A DNA stretch of 64,000 bases from Eledone cirrhosa (GCA_964016885.1 OZ024754.1:34596001-34660000), one strand, 5' to 3'. Counted from the first letter of the stretch, positions 28,659 through 44,002 are shown. Notes: generated from the sequence alone by a model not told the origin. Translations and numbers: made by a program.

Positions 28659-31600
28659 ATTTATGAAAATAATCAAGTATATTGAAAGATTTATTGATAT
28701 AAATTTCTCTTTATTAATTTGGTCTTTGGAACCCAACTTAGCAAAGGTTCTTACATAAAATGATGATGGAAGGTTTTTAGATAAATATAAATACTTAAAA
28801 ATAAAAAGCTTAGTATTGTAGAACCAGAGGTAGTTTCAGGTAGTTTGATATAAAATGACTTTTTAAATAAATGTATCCAGCAGTTTTATTTAATCTAAGT
28901 TTATGATATCCTCCAGAAATTAATGTTACTGAGTTTGTATCTCTGTTTTTAGAATAAGTACATTGTATCCCTGCATGTCATAAGGGTTGATTTTAAGAAG
29001 TCATCCAACTGTAAAACATTGTCCCATCATTGCCCCAAAATAACCTGTCCAATCGATGCCAGCATGGAAGGGTGGACAATGAGTTTATGGCTAAACAAAC
29101 TATTCATTATGTAAGGCTGAGGTGTGTTTATAGTAACAAGATGTAATTTTCAAGAAAATTGATATAACCGTTTTGTTCTTTATGACTGTTGAACATTAGA
29201 AATTAAAGTCTTTACTTTAATACTGCAAATTTTCACAACAATCCATCTGCTAGTAAAGATACTGTAAACATTTGAATGAACAGACCTGTTTTTAGACATT
29301 TTCTGCTAAATAATTACTGGATATTAAGAGTTAATAGCATTTTCACTCAATTCTGGGAAAAGACAAAAGTTGTTTTTGAGGTCACTGAAATCATGAGAAA
29401 TAAATTTTATTTTCACCTGGGACCATTAAAGATTGTATAAATTAAAGAGATATGGATGAAAGAGGGGAGTTTGTGTATTGTGCAATGGGGCTGGGTGGGG
29501 CCTCAACATACTCTGAATTAACCCTTTTGTGACCACATTTCTAATGAATTATACTAAATTTTAATTAATGAAGAATTTTGAAGGATCTATTAAAATGATT
29601 ATTTCTTTTGTGGAATTCAAGTACCAATATCTTGTGTGGATGTGTACGTACACACACACACATTCTACTTTCTCTTGTTTTATCTTCATATTTTAACCCA
29701 TAACATCTTGTAATAATTTAGAAGAAAATATCTAAAAACAATTTTAATTCAAATGTTTATAGTATCTTTACAAATGGACTAATTGTTATGAAAATTTGCT
29801 TTAAACTAAAGGCTTAAATTTTTCAAGTGAAGCATGGTGTTGTTTTGTACCTTTGAAGAATGTCTTGCTAATGCAGTTTCATGTGGTACAGAGCATTAAG
29901 TGTTAATAAAAAGGAATGTAAGTAAAGAGAAACTAGAACTGAAGCCAAGTAGCAAACTTAGCTGTTGTGACAACAACTATGATTGCTTAGAAAACACTTA
30001 TGTACTTTAGAGTTACAGTTATGACAAAATGTTGATTGCAGAATCATCATATCTTTCTGAAGGTTACTAACAACTTAAATAAGGTCAAATGTCTAGAAGG
30101 AGGACAAAATAGTGACAGCTGGATGGCTACATTATAGGCCTGCTCAATCATGGCTGACCTCTGTCTGAAAAACAACTGCTATAAAATATTTTCAGCCAAC
30201 AAAAGAATATTCTACATCAGGGATACACTGTCACTTTCACTGTTATTTATCCATTCAGCTTCATGTATTTTGTCATTTTTTCTTTTGTTACCATCCAAAA
30301 TATACTTTATATAATCTTTATACATCAAAACCCATAAACCCGATAAAACAGTATCTTTAAGATAGTATGTTAGTGCCTGGGTAATATGGAAATATGTTGT
30401 TTTGAATTTTATAAAAATGTACATAATATTACGATTGGAGAAAGATACTTTACTTTCAGTTAAGGTTAATGCATTTATGGCTACTATAATACTTCTCATT
30501 TAATAACACTATACATTCTTGGAATCTAAAATATATAATACATTTCTTATTTAAATATCTGAGTTAGTGAATCCTTATTTTCAAGATTGTTTGGCTTGTT
30601 TCTCATGACCCATGTAACTTTGTCCTGGTGTCTTTACGGATTCATTTCTGTGATAGTTTTTGCAGCAATAATTATAGTAAAAACAAATAACTAACAAACA
30701 AACTATTCTCTACTCTGAGAGTTTGATGTCTCTAATTTGCTTCTTTTGCTTCATTCTAGTTCAGTATTAACATTTTTTTTAACTTAATATTTCCATAGCT
30801 GATAGATCCATTTTCATTAATCACCGATCTCTAATTCAGAGTGAACTCTTAATTAGAAATACCCATTCTTTTGTGATTACTGAATGAAACTACATTAGCA
30901 AGACATTCTTGAAAAGTACAAAATAACTCTATGGCTGTATCACATTAAGAATTAAAACCTTTGATTGTCAACCACAAATATAGAATGTACTGGGTTTTCA
31001 ATTACATTACAGTCTTAATATATTGTAGATTTGCAGAATTGGTAAAGTATCAGGCAAAATTCTTTGTATTTAGTTCTGCCTCATTATGTCTTTGTCTACC
31101 AGCTTCATTCACAAGGCATTGGTCAGCCTAAGGTGTCACACAATAGAATCAAACTCCAAACTCTGTGGTAGTGAAGTCAGTAGTTATCTTTAAGAATGGT
31201 ATGCAATCTTAAATGTAGTGTGATAGGAATTTAACTGAAATTTAATGTTTTGTAAAATTGCTGCAATGAATTTTTATTGAAGATTATTTATCTATATTTA
31301 TTCATAAAATACAGCAGGGTTTGCACATATTGTATAGAGAGTTGAAAAACTTGGATTGACTGAAGATGCCTGGCCTAGGGTTAAGTTGTTGGTCTTAACA
31401 TCATAAGGCAGTACCAGAGTTCTTAAGCAAGACACTGCATTTGACATTGCTCCAGTTCACTCAGCTGAAAATGAGTACCATCAGCAGCTGGTGGTTAACT
31501 CTGTTATAGGCTCAGTTGCTTGATGCCACATAAAACTGTGCTAATCTCCTGTCTTTGTCAAATCTATGTAAGCCATGGAAAAACATGCGTGCAACCAATG

Positions 31601-32347
31601 AAAACAAATCTATGCAATAGATAAATAAAAGTTCTTTCTAGGCAGGCTTAAAATCTAAAAACAAGTGATGGAAATAACTCCAATAAGATGAATTAATTGA
31701 AATTTTCTGAAAATATAGAAAATGTAGTATGGGAGTGGATGTGATCTTTAAGCCAACCGGTGAAAGCAACAGATAGAAACTATTTAAAAAATGTTTTCTA
31801 CTCATACTCATGTCAAGAATAAATGCTATCCACTGACAGTGTAAAATAACATTTACAGATAGGGAAATTAGGATGAATAAAGAAAGCAATTTTAGATACA
31901 GTACTCACCAATTTTGAGGATCACATGCAAACATTTTGTTATTACAATTTCTAACAGGAAATTGCATAAATTATGATGAAATTAGATTTAGCATTTTTTT
32001 CTTCTTTCAAATTTATTTTACATTCTAATTATTGATGGGAATCAATTTGGGTAATAAAAAGAATATTTATTTTGTGTAGTAGATTATCAGCGTGATATTG
32101 ATTGTGAAATATTAATTAAATAATTTTGGGATAATTTAGATAATATTAATTTGTGGCCAATAATATCTATATGAGCTTTAGTGTAGATCACACCCCGCAT
32201 AGATTAAAACCCCACAAAACCTGTATCCAACCATGACCAGGCAAAGTTAGTATATAACATGGTATATAGCATAATATACAGTACAGCATAGTGTATGAGT
32301 TTACCTTACACAACCCTACCCAACAACAAAATACAAGCTTAAAATAG

Positions 32348-32378
<31 letters not shown>

Positions 32379-33598
32379 AACAGCACACAAAATACAATTT
32401 TTCAGTGAATTAAAACTAAATACCACAACAGAAAACCTTTCACACCAGAGAGCTTTCAACAGAGATCAGAGGAATGATACATTATATAATTTTTTCTTAC
32501 ATAACCTTACCCAATAACTAAATACCACAAACCTAAACTAACCAAAAACACATCACACAAAATACAATTACCCAATTGAATAAAATTTAAATTTAAACCC
32601 ACTTATTATATTGGTACGAAAAAGATGGTCATCAGGCCACAATTGCTTTCAATATGTGTTCTGTTGAGTTATAGCTACCAGGTAGATTAGTACTAAATGC
32701 TCTGTAGTGCACTAAATACTTAGTCCTATTAATAGGAAAAAAATCTTTCATATCAGAGACCTTTCAACAGAGATTTTAGTATATAGCATGGTACATAAAG
32801 TATATGTCCCATTTCAAAGTCCCACACCTCATTGGTGGGTTGTGCCTCCCACTCTGAAACCCTACAATAAATATTACAACTGTACCTAATTTTTTTAAGT
32901 TGTTGTTTCTTAATGAATCCAATTTCTGTCACCAAAGTCCTTTATTTTCCACCTCTAAATACAATTCCGCTATGAGTAGAGTATGGTGTGGCCAACTGGC
33001 CAAGCCCTCCTCATAACAGGACCACCGTTCTACACTGTAAATGTGGTTGGTGTTAGAAGGGCATCCAGCTGTAAAAAGGCCACCCAAAATACATTTCAGC
33101 AAGGTGCGGCGTGCCCAACTGGCCAGACTTGTCTCATAACGTGGATGACCCATCTAACCCGTGAAAGTGTGGAAAAATAAGATGCTAAACGATGATTCCG
33201 ATAAAAGAAGCAATATTAAATCACTGCATTGGTTGAATAAGATCTCTTTTCTGGCAGGTTCTCTATGGCTAGATACCCTCTTTGAGGCCAACCCGTCCTT
33301 TATTTTTAAGTATGGTATCTTTCTTTGGTCACGTAACTCCTGAGAGAGTCGTAGGGATATCATATTGACATATGGCATTTGTAGGATTAATTTAAACCTG
33401 GTGGAGCCCATCTCCTCTCCAGGTTTGAACACAGCAGATTACTTCTAGAGAAGGATAGAGATTGAGATAGCGAGGAAGTGAGAAAGAGATATAGAGGAAG
33501 AATTGACCCCAGTACTAGACTGGTACTCATTTTATCAACCTCAAATGAAGTTCTGCTGCATAGCAGTTCGACAAAGTGCCAGCAGTATGTACCATACA

Positions 33599-33889
33599 TG
33601 TGGAAGCATGTGGCCTAAAGGTAAGGGTGTTGGACTTACAATTATAATGTCTTGGGTTCAATTCTTGGACTTGGTTGTGTATTGTGTTCTTGAGCAAAAC
33701 ATTTCATTTCATTTCATGTTGCTCCATTATACTCAATTGTAAATGAGTACCAGCAATAGCTGGGTGTTTAATCCTATGATGGACAGACATCCTGTCCAGA
33801 GGCATGTCTTGTACTTTCAGTTGCTTCATGCCACAGAAACCGAGATAAGCACCTGCCTTATGAGCCTCCGGGATTGAGAAAGACTTTAG
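33599..33889 (+). mobile_element. V-domain tRNA-SINE, same family as 19619-19900; weaker copies at about 31370-31560 and 37410-37690
   Basis: A and B boxes, gatggacagacatcctgtccag, TSD atgtaccata at 33587-33596 and 33890-33899. Confidence 0.85.
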
Positions 33890-35174
33890 ATGTACCATAT
33901 TTACAGTACAGACTAGCATCAGGATAGAGCATCCAGCCATAGAAAACCCTGCAGGAAAAGAGAATTTTCCAAACCAATGAAATACTGATGATGATGATTC
34001 TTTTCTCAGATTTTGTTCTCCCTCTCTCATACAGCTATTTAAATAACAAACAAAACAATACTTTCCAATTGCTTTTGTGGTAGAAATTGATTTATGTTAT
34101 ATAACAAACACTTTTGTAATGCTGATTCAATTCCAACCATCTGACAGTTATAGCTAAACTTGCATGACCTTGTCAATAAGATATTAAGGTTGAGCATGTA
34201 TTAATCCAGCTTTGGTCATTCTTTTTGTTTTGATAGGTGTCTGAAATGATGAGAGTTAAATGCTTTGTGAACAATCTCTGTTTGGTCAGTGAGTTAAGAC
34301 CTGTGACTTAACATTTCAAAGTATTTCTGCATTTCGGAGTAGCTGTAGTTGTCAGTATTATAGTGGAAGTTACAAATCCAGTAATTTATGAAAAATGTAT
34401 ATCTGATTATTAGAGGTTTTTGGAAAACTTATCTTCATTCAAATCGTTGTCTGCCCCTTCCAATCATATTTTTTGGGGGAATAAAAATATGTCCAGAGTT
34501 GAACGGGGCATATTTTTATTCCCTTGCTTTCATCTTGTAGTTACAAACTGCTTCGAACCGAAAATATGCTGATCCTTTGTCAACTTTACTGTAATCATAA
34601 CAATTGGTTTGTTCATAATAGTTGGAAACTATTGCTTCAAAACCTTTGTTTTGATGGAATCATTTGAATCATCTTTTTGAAGGGGAGGAAAAATAAAAAA
34701 AATATGAACTGTCTTCTAGCCAAATGTTTGGTTGATATTGTGAACAGTTTCTGCTGCTTTGCATTCTATTTTGAATTCCTGTAATAAAATCACCTGAATT
34801 TGTTTCTTCCCCTCTCCCCCATCTTTACTTTGGCAGACTAAAATAAATGAAAATTGAAATCTGTACTTCAAAGTAATATATTACATGAACATAGTTCAAT
34901 AAAAGTATATTTCCAAAATAATCATCAAAGTTTAAAATCTATTATTTTTGCGCTAACCTAATATTTTCTATCTGATTTTTGTGTGTTTTTGTAGTCTTTT
35001 TTTTTTCCTGACTATATTCAGTGAGTGATATAAAAGATATTAAGTCAGAAGTATAACTTAATGATTTCTAACTTTGGCATAAAGCCACAAATTTCATAGG
35101 TTAATTAACTCCCACCATTTTATTGGTATTTATTGTATTGACCTTGGAAGTGTCAAAGGCAAATTCAACAAACA

Positions 35175-35400
35175 AGCGTTTTAAAAGGCCACTCTTCCCG
35201 CTAAAGCAGGGGTTAGCCTTGCAGGCTATTCCATTTTACCCTATCTTCACCAACCCCTTGGCAGTCATTTCCTCCTCGATCATCTTTAGCCATGTTTTTC
35301 TTGGTCTTCCCCTTGCACTATGTTCATCCACAATCTTTTCCATCACTCATTTGATCCATTCACTTTCATCTTTCCTCAACATAACCTTACCATCTCATTC
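35175..35400 (-). mobile_element. RTE 3' relic
   Basis: Reverse complement of ccatgtttttcttggtcttcc encodes GRPRKTW. Confidence 0.55.
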
Positions 35401-37854
35401 CATTTTTATTCATAACATTCAACACTGGTTCTATTTCCATCATTTTTCCCCACTCAGTCACTTCCAGTCTTCGACATATTATCCTACCACCCCATTCTAT
35501 TTCTCTAACAATTTCATTAGTCTCCTAGCCTGGCGCGATAGTTTATTCTATCAGCCCCGAATGAATGAAAGGCAAATTCGATCTTGGTGGGGTTTGAACT
35601 CAAAGCAAAGAAAGCCAGAACAAATACTATCCTACACTCTAATAACTCTGCCAATTCACTGTTTTAAATGTGTATTTGTTCATATGAGTCTGTGTTTGTT
35701 CAATCTAAGAAGGAAAATTGTGTAATGCGGGAAGAAGATAACTATTTTAATAGCTGACAATTTAATTTTAAAATTCTTTGAAGAGAATTAAATTTATTCA
35801 GTTACTTATGGAATGTGTGAGTGGGTGGGTGAAAGTATGTCTGCTGTATTATTTTAAATGTTCTGCATCTTGGTGATTAACGCTGAGATCTGTAAAGTAT
35901 ATACTGTAAGTTATGTTTTAACACCTACAAAAATGTGATTGTGTATTTGTAACTTTAATCCTTTTGATAGTAAACCACACCTGTTTCTAGGAAACAAAGC
36001 TGTTTATTTTAGTGTTGACATCATCTTATTTTATGTAAGAACCTTTTAGTTCCAAACACCAGTTATATAACTCTTTCCAATTTTTTTTTTTTTATTATTT
36101 TCAAAATTATTTGAAAATTATAGGGAATGGGTTTCATTAGCAATATGGTAACAAAAGGTTCAATTTTAACTTTATATAAATATATATATATATATGTGGT
36201 CGTGGAGGTGCCACGGCAAAAAAGTACCCAGCCCACACTGTAAAGTGGACGTGTAGGCGCCACGGAAAAAAAGCACCCAGCACTCACTGTAAATGAGGTT
36301 GGTGTTAGGAAGGGCATCCAGCTGTAGAAATCAAGCCAGAATCAAGATCCTGTATGAGCAAGACAAGATCAGCCGACTGGACATATTTTCATGAGAAATG
36401 ATTGGTAAAATGTTTATACTTTGGCTTTCATGTGTCCATACTACTAATATTTCAATCTAGATAGGTTTTAATGAATCGGTTACCCACACATTTTACTTCT
36501 GAAAGAATTATATTATTGCTGTGTGAAGGCTTAGTGGCTTGGTTGTTTACCTGACAATCATAAGGTCATAATTTTGATTCCTGGTGGCATGTTGTGACTA
36601 TGAGAAAAATATTTTTTCACATTGCTCTCCAGTTCATTCAGCTGGCAAGAATTAATTCTACCTGTATTTCAAAAGGGCCAGCCTTGTCATACATGTTGTC
36701 AGGCTTGACTATGGTAATTAATGTCCAACACTTTAATAATTCCACCAACCCACCACTCCTTGGCTGATACTTTATTTTATCAACCCCTGAAAGGATAAAG
36801 TAACACATGCCACCCATTCCAGGAATTCAGCCCTCAACCTTATGGTTGTCAGTCTGACACTACTAGGCCAAGTAGCTTTACACTGAGACATTATTTTTTA
36901 GTAAGATCTGTGAAAATGGAGCTTATGTAACATTTGGGAGAAAGTGGGAGTTAGTAGTAGTAGGCAGAAGAGACATTCTCTCTTGCTCAACATTGATTAT
37001 GAAATCTCTTATGTAGCAACAGTTTGAAGTTTCCAGTCAATTAGTTACATTAGTATAGGTGTTATTTCTAGGCAGTTGAATAGTTTAGATTGGCATCATA
37101 ATATTATTTATATTTGCCGTCTGACAGAATGAAAATGTTGACACTATCCATCATCAACAAAACCACATACTTCATTTGTTTTATTATCATAATTATTATG
37201 TCGTTTACCTCAATAATACATGTTAAACACATTTCAAAGGTTGTCCTTTTTTTCATGACCAGGTCTTAAATAGTGACAACCTGTCGATATCTGACTCAAT
37301 TTGTATGATTTAACAGCTGCATCACATGGTTGGCGTTCAATTCTTGTTAATTGGATTTTCAATATCTTTTTTTTTTTTAAAGAATTAGGGAGCGTTTTGT
37401 ATAAATGTGAAAATGTATGGCTTAGTGTTCAGTGTTGGTTTTGCAATTATAAGGTTATGGGTTCAATCTTTGAACTGGACGGTGTATTCTATCCTTGAAC
37501 AAGGCACTTCATTTCATGTTGCTCCTCTCTTTTAGGCCACCCCCCCAAAAAACAAAAAACAAAAAAAAAAAAAAAACAACAAAAAACCACAGCTGGGTGT
37601 TAATTTAGCAGCAGACTGGCATAAGACTGGGATAAGCTGTGGCTCAATGAGCTCCTCGGTTCAATGTGCTCAATGTACTCCTCGGTTCAAGAATAACTAA
37701 CTAAAATATTCAGTATAACATAGATTTAATAGATTAGTTATGACACATACAATGAATTTAAACAGTCCACTACATTCTGAAATCTGGATGTAGGAGTGTC
37801 AGTTGTTTACGGGGGTCACTTTGCAATCATTAGGTCCTGGATTTAATAATAATA

Positions 37855-38276
37855 ATAATTGTTTCTGATTTAGGCACAAGGCCAGCAATTTGAAGGGAAG
37901 GGAAAGTTGATTAAATCGACCCTAGTGCATGACTGGTTCCTTATTTTATTGACCCCATAAGGATGAAAGGCAAAGCTGACCTTGACGGGATTTGAACTTG
38001 GATCGCAAAAGGCAAGCTATCCACCCCCTTACCAGTACTGCCAATCCACCAACTTATAGTAATAATTATTTCTTTAAAGCTATGAAAAATAATTTTCTAC
38101 TTTTGGCACAAGGCCAGCAATTATCCCAGTGCATTACTGGTACTTTATTTTATTGACCCCATAAGGATGAAAGGCAAAGTTGACCTCGGCGGGATTTGAA
38201 CTCAGACCATAAAGGGCCGTAATTCTTTGCTGCAAAGCATGGTCTTCGACCCTCTACCGATACTGCCAATCCACCA
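37855..38276 (-). mobile_element. Two tandem Meta-domain-like tRNA-SINEs (37855-38050 and 38095-38276)
   Basis: Reverse complement gagttcaaatcccgccgaggtcaactttgcctttcatccttatggggtcaataaaataaagtaccag...tggccttgtgcc. Confidence 0.8.
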
Positions 38277-39839
38277 TGAATTTGTGGTTGGTGCATAGTT
38301 GGAAGGAAAACAGATTTTGGAAAATTTAGGGTAATTTTAAAACAAATAACACAAAAATTTAAGGCCAGAATTAAGTTGTTCTATCTATCAAAACTATTAA
38401 AAAAAAGGGATTATTAATTTTAATTGGTGATATTGGGTGTTAATTTAGAAGCTTGGAAATTTACAGGAAGCTTAACCTGTGAAATACTATAGGAAGTTTT
38501 CATGAATGAAAATATGATTTTTCTTACAAGCATGCACATAAAATATAAGATGGCAGTAAATGCCATAAAGCTGACTGATCAAGTGACAAGTGCTGCCATC
38601 TTTTATGTCAATGTCAAGCTCTGCATTATATGGCAGTTAATCTAGAAGTATCCATGTTGTTAACCAGCTTCCTGTGTTGTTTGAATTTCAAATAGCCACT
38701 TGGGGGGGAAATCAAGCAAATTGGCCAGTGACTATCTTATGAGCAGTCCTTTCTCCTTAGGTGACCAGTGCTACTCAAAAGATATTGAAATAATATTCAG
38801 TGCCATATTTCTTCGTTTGCAATATGAGAAATTTTGAACTAAAATTAAGAGCAGTTTTAAAATTAAGAGCAGTTTTATATACAAGTACGTATTTAAACCT
38901 AGAACGTAAAGGGCCGTAAGTCTGTGCTGCAAAGCTTTCTGTCTGACAGTCTACTGATACTGCCAATCCACCAATAAAGTGACTGACTATATAAGATTTG
39001 TTGTATTTTGATATTGTTACAAGTGAAATATAATTATTGTTAAAATATATACTTTCCCTCATTTGTCTGAGAAACTGGATACTGTAGTGAGATCAATGGA
39101 TAACCTGCCCCTTATTGTAATATACAAATCAATTTATTTTAAAGTGTTTATAGCTACCTAAAAGCCTTCCATCATGATTTTATGTAAGAACATTTATGTT
39201 TCAAACACTGGATCAATCAGAAAGTTATATTACTAAATCCCTCCAAATTCTTGATTATTTTCAAAATGACTTGAAAATAAAAGGCACCATCTTTCATATG
39301 GTAACAAAAAAATAAATAATAAAGTTTTAAAAAAAGTTGTCTAAATAATAATTTAGATAATTTTATCAATTGCCTTGTTAGTAACAGAGGTTTCTGTCTG
39401 AATACAAATAGAATAGTAGAACAATTAAAAATTATAATTATGATATTTGTTAGATGAAAAGATTAATGTAAAGATTAGTTGCAATGAAGTAGGTTGATAA
39501 ACTGATTGATCATTGGTTGTTGCTAAAGGAAATCTCTGAAAAGGCAGATAGAACAAGATAGGAGTTAAAGTAATAGTATAGGTCAGTAAATAAAAGACAT
39601 TAAAAATTGACCAACTCTAACAAAGACTGGGTGTTGGTGGCAAACTGGTTCAGAATGCTTTGAAGAAGAAGAAAAACAACAACAAAAGTTATTTACAAGC
39701 ATTATATAATCCACTACATTCTTACTTTTTCTATCTGTTTTCCAAGCACCCATCTTCACTACTAATTAGGTTCTGTTATCTAGTTGACCTATCAACTAGC
39801 TCTATGGAACCTTTGTCATTTAAAAGAATTTATTTCATG

Positions 39840-40350
39840 GGTAATGTTGCTGCCAACTAGTCCAGTGCATCTGCCACACACAAAGGCTTTCTTTTCTGTG
39901 TACCCATATTATACATTGTATAGAGCATATAGTATTTCTATCTACCCCTTTTCTACACATCAAACATGGCCACTTCCCATATGGCAGTAAAGTTCTGTCT
40001 TCTTTCCTGCTAACTGAAACTTTTTCTTTGCTAAGTTTACATTGAAGGCTCTCAATTCTAGGCTTTGCTTCCACATTTCGAATTTCTTCTCTAAATCTTT
40101 GACAGCTTCAGCTATGAGAACTTTCACCTCCCATGTATTCTCCACATACACCAACTGCTCATTGTAGCATTTTCAAGCCACCTTCTCTTGGCATCAGTGA
40201 GGGTAAGTGTGCGGCTGTCATTCTGAATACACTTGACCCAAACAACATTTTGATCCATCCTGACACACTGTTTTGCAATCCAAAACACTACATGCTTCTG
40301 ATCCTCTCATTTCGAGCATTACCAAATTTCTTACGTTCTCTTTGAGCTTT
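39840..40350 (-). mobile_element. Degraded, internally deleted RTE LINE
   Basis: VENTWE joined to LIAEAVKDLEKKFEMWKQSLE, then GKWPCLMCRKGVDRN. Homologous to the 7.8-8.8 kb element. Confidence 0.8.
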
Positions 40351-41549
40351 ATATATCCAATGTCTAGCTTTTTACCTGATATTAACTCACATCTCACTCC
40401 TTTCAATTTTTCCAGATCAGTCATTTAGATTTTATGGCTCTACCTACAGTACTAATCCACCACCATATCTTTTGTCTAGCTGTTCACCTGATTGGTAGTC
40501 TAGGCTGTTTATGGCTGCTTCAGTTATTTTATCTCTCTGTTTCTCTGTTCACAAGAGGTACAAGAATTTGTACCTGTGTTCCTAGTTCTTGATTAGTCTG
40601 GTTAAGGCTCTCTCTTCAACTCACTTCTTGTACACAGCACACATTTATGCACCTCTATTCCAGCATCTCTACAATCTACTCAGGCTTATCATTCTTTAAA
40701 CCAATATTAATAGTGGCAACCCTGAAGTATTCTTTCAGGAAGTAGGCTATTTCTGGAGGTTTGATTTTCTGCATCACAAAAGGAAAAAAAATAAAACTAA
40801 ATTTGTCAATTTATTGTTTTAAAAATTTGAATTTTTTTTTGTTGCTAATTTTGTTTAATTCCTCAAAGATTTTGTGACTCTGGTTCTAATAAAAGACAAT
40901 GACTATAATTTTCAAATGATTTGGAAAATAATCAAGAACTTTAAGGGATTTAGTAATATATCTAAATTTCTCATTACTGGTGTTTGGGACAAAAGATTTT
41001 TGCATAAAATTATGATGGCAAGTTTGTAGATAAATATAGATACTTTAAATATATAACTTTCTATCTCGGAGCCAGAGGCAATTTCAGACAGTTTCTTATC
41101 AAAAGGGTTAACAAATACAAAATCTCTAAAAACTGACTGCACAAAATGATTGCAATACTTCATAGCTAGATTGTTATTTTTAGTAAACTCTTTTCTTTCT
41201 TAATGATATCTTAGTTCTCATGTCAGTGGAAAATATCAGTGTTAGAGGTTATTCCAAATTATTATGATATAGCTGTTTGTTGCATAGGCTGGGTGTATTT
41301 GGAGGTTTAGAAAGGGCATTTGAGTCTACCATTAAAACTTTCATTGCTGTATTTGTAATAAAAGACGCTGTCTGTAATTTTCAGATCATTTTGGAAATAA
41401 TCAAGAATTTGAAGGGGTTTAATAATATAACTAACTTCCTCATTGTATTGTAAAGGTATAAAGTGGTAAGGTAACAAAGGGGTTTTGAATCACACAAGCT
41501 GAAATAATGAAGTGTTTCTTCTCGTGAAACATGAATGATTACCATATAT

Positions 41550-42093
41550 ACTCAAATATAAGTCTCCTCACCTATTTTATGTCTGAGAAATGGACAAAAA
41601 TCCAAACCCTGTTTATAAGTTGAGGTAGCTAATCTACACATGGTTTAGATAGCACAGTTTTGAAAGTCTCACGAGTGGAGAATATATTTATGAAATTTTA
41701 ATATTTTGATATTTAAAATGTTTTAAATGTCTTTTAGAGTATAGTTTTTGCTTCACAATTCCATAACGTAACACTTTTTTTTACTAATTTCCAACCCTTT
41801 TTTTTTACTAATTTCCAACCCTTTTTTTTACTAATTTCCAACCCTTTTTTTTACCAATTTCCAACCCTTTTGAAGGCCATATTCTTTCAAAACATAAAAA
41901 ATAATAGAAATTTCATCTCCAAAGCGAAAATATTTTAGCACATCATTTACATAGAATTTTGAAAAAAAAAAAAAAAAAAATATTGACCTGGAATATAAGT
42001 GGACGCCCCCCCCCCCCCTCCATTTTGCCACTTTTTATTTATTTATTTTTTTTTTGTCATTTATTTTTTGCCTTATATACAAGTATATATGTT
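41550..42093. mobile_element. pogo/Tc1-type MITE with an internal ~22-bp tandem repeat at 41774-41870
   Basis: TA-ccatatatactcaaatataag ... cttatatacaagtatatatgt-TA. Inverted homology to 52900-53343. Confidence 0.7.
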
Positions 42094-42545
42094 AAGTTGG
42101 TTGGTTCATTGTAAGTTGTGACTTTTCACAGAAACAGCCTTTCAATGACAACATATTATCATTGTTGCCAGCCATAATACCATTAGGTTGGTATCCTAGC
42201 AACTGTGTGAGAGGAACCATGACATTCTTGATATTGTAAATAGTGATTGTATGTATGCACACACATACGTCTGTGCTTATCTGTATATGTATGTACATAC
42301 ACACAGCTATGTGCTCTCATGTATTTGCATGTACTCACATACAGCTATGTGCTCTCATGTATATGTATGTTCATGTACTTTCCATATATGTATGTACTCA
42401 CATGTGTGCTTTCTTGTATGTATGTACTCACATGTGTGCTTTCTTGTATATGTGTGCATACATATCTGTGTTCTCGTGTATATGTATACCATTCAAATAC
42501 TTTATAGTGGAGGGGTGAGTGGAAAGGGATATTGAAATTGATGAT

Positions 42546-42852
42546 AATTGTTTCTACTTTTGACACAAGGTCAGCAATTATCCCAGCGCATTACTAGTAC
42601 TTTATTTTATCGACCCCGTAAAGATGAAAGGCAAAGTTAACCTCAGCGGGATTTGAAGTCGGATCATAAAGGGCCGTAACTCTATGCTGCAAAGCATGGC
42701 ATCTGACACTCTACTGATACTGCCAATCCAATGATAATAATTGTTTCTACTTTAGGCACAAGGCCAGCAATTACCCAGTGCATTACTGGTACTTTATTTT
42801 ATCGACCCCGTAAGGATGAAAGGCAAAGTCAACCTCGGCGGGATTTGAACTC
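42546..42852 (-). mobile_element. Two tandem Meta-domain-like SINEs, the second 5'-truncated
   Basis: Same family as 37855-38276. Confidence 0.8.
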
Positions 42853-44002
42853 AATGATAATAATGATACATGGTGACAAGTCCTGAAGGGTTAAGATGTT
42901 CACTTTGCATTCATAATGTCTCAGGTTTGATCCCACTGTATGACATCTTGGGATGAATCCTGTTTTGTGAATGAAATTGGGTAGACAAACTATTGTTGTC
43001 AGGAGTCCCTCAGCTAAAAAAAATCCCTTAGTTCAAAAATTTGAGCTTCACACACAGCGTTTGTTTATATTTTCAAAATCGGTTTGATTCGGCTCCTTAA
43101 TTTTAGATGGTAGGATGTTGTCAGGGGTACCTTAGTTCAAATGTTAGAGCACCCAGTTGGTATCTGGGAGAACAGAGTTCGAATCTTTGTAGTGGCTAAT
43201 TTTTATAAACTATTTTATAGCAACTGACTGTAATTGCAGTTCTTTTCTTATATCTTCTTATAAATTTATTTCTGTGCTTACTAAGTTTGAAAATTCGAGC
43301 TTTACACACGAATAGTTTTCTTTTGTTGTGAAGCATACTACTGATTATTCCCTTTGAAATATCAGTATCAATTTCTAATTCCAAAAATAGCTGTGGGTTC
43401 CAGCTACCATTGTTAACCTCATTTGCATTAATCTAGAGTTTTGTGGGTCTCTTTCAAAATAGATATTCTTCCTTGGAAGTATTGACATGTTTCTCTTCCT
43501 CACCTTTCATAGATCAATAAATCTTAACAGAATGGTGACTACCAGATCACTAGTGGTAATTGCAGATTAGAAACATTAGTCAATTTCAGTTGACCTGTCA
43601 TTGATAGGTGTTGGTATGTTTTTTTGCATGTGTGTGTGTTTCATGACCAGTATTTTTTTTTTTTTAAATCAGTTTTTCTTAAACTGAGTTCTGTGGAAAA
43701 TGGGTTTCACTTGATGCATTTTTGATACAATTTAATAATTTTTTTCTTCCTCATATGAATAAATTCCCTCTTGAAAGCAATTTTTTGTTTCATTTATTGT
43801 CTATTTAAAATCAGGATGGTAGGAATAGATTGTCTGGTACAGGTTCTAAGATTTTAGGAAAATTATGAGTACTATGACAAAATAATTTTAGTAATCTCTC
43901 CTATATAATGCTTTAATATAATTTGCATGGTGCTGGTTGTTCTTTAGATTATTTTATGGTGAGGAAAAGCAGCCATAAAACCATAGTATCACCCCCATCC
44001 CT

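Noticed and set aside
35123-35725. 200-aa ORF
   Set aside because: It is an antisense read-through of RTE and SINE relics.
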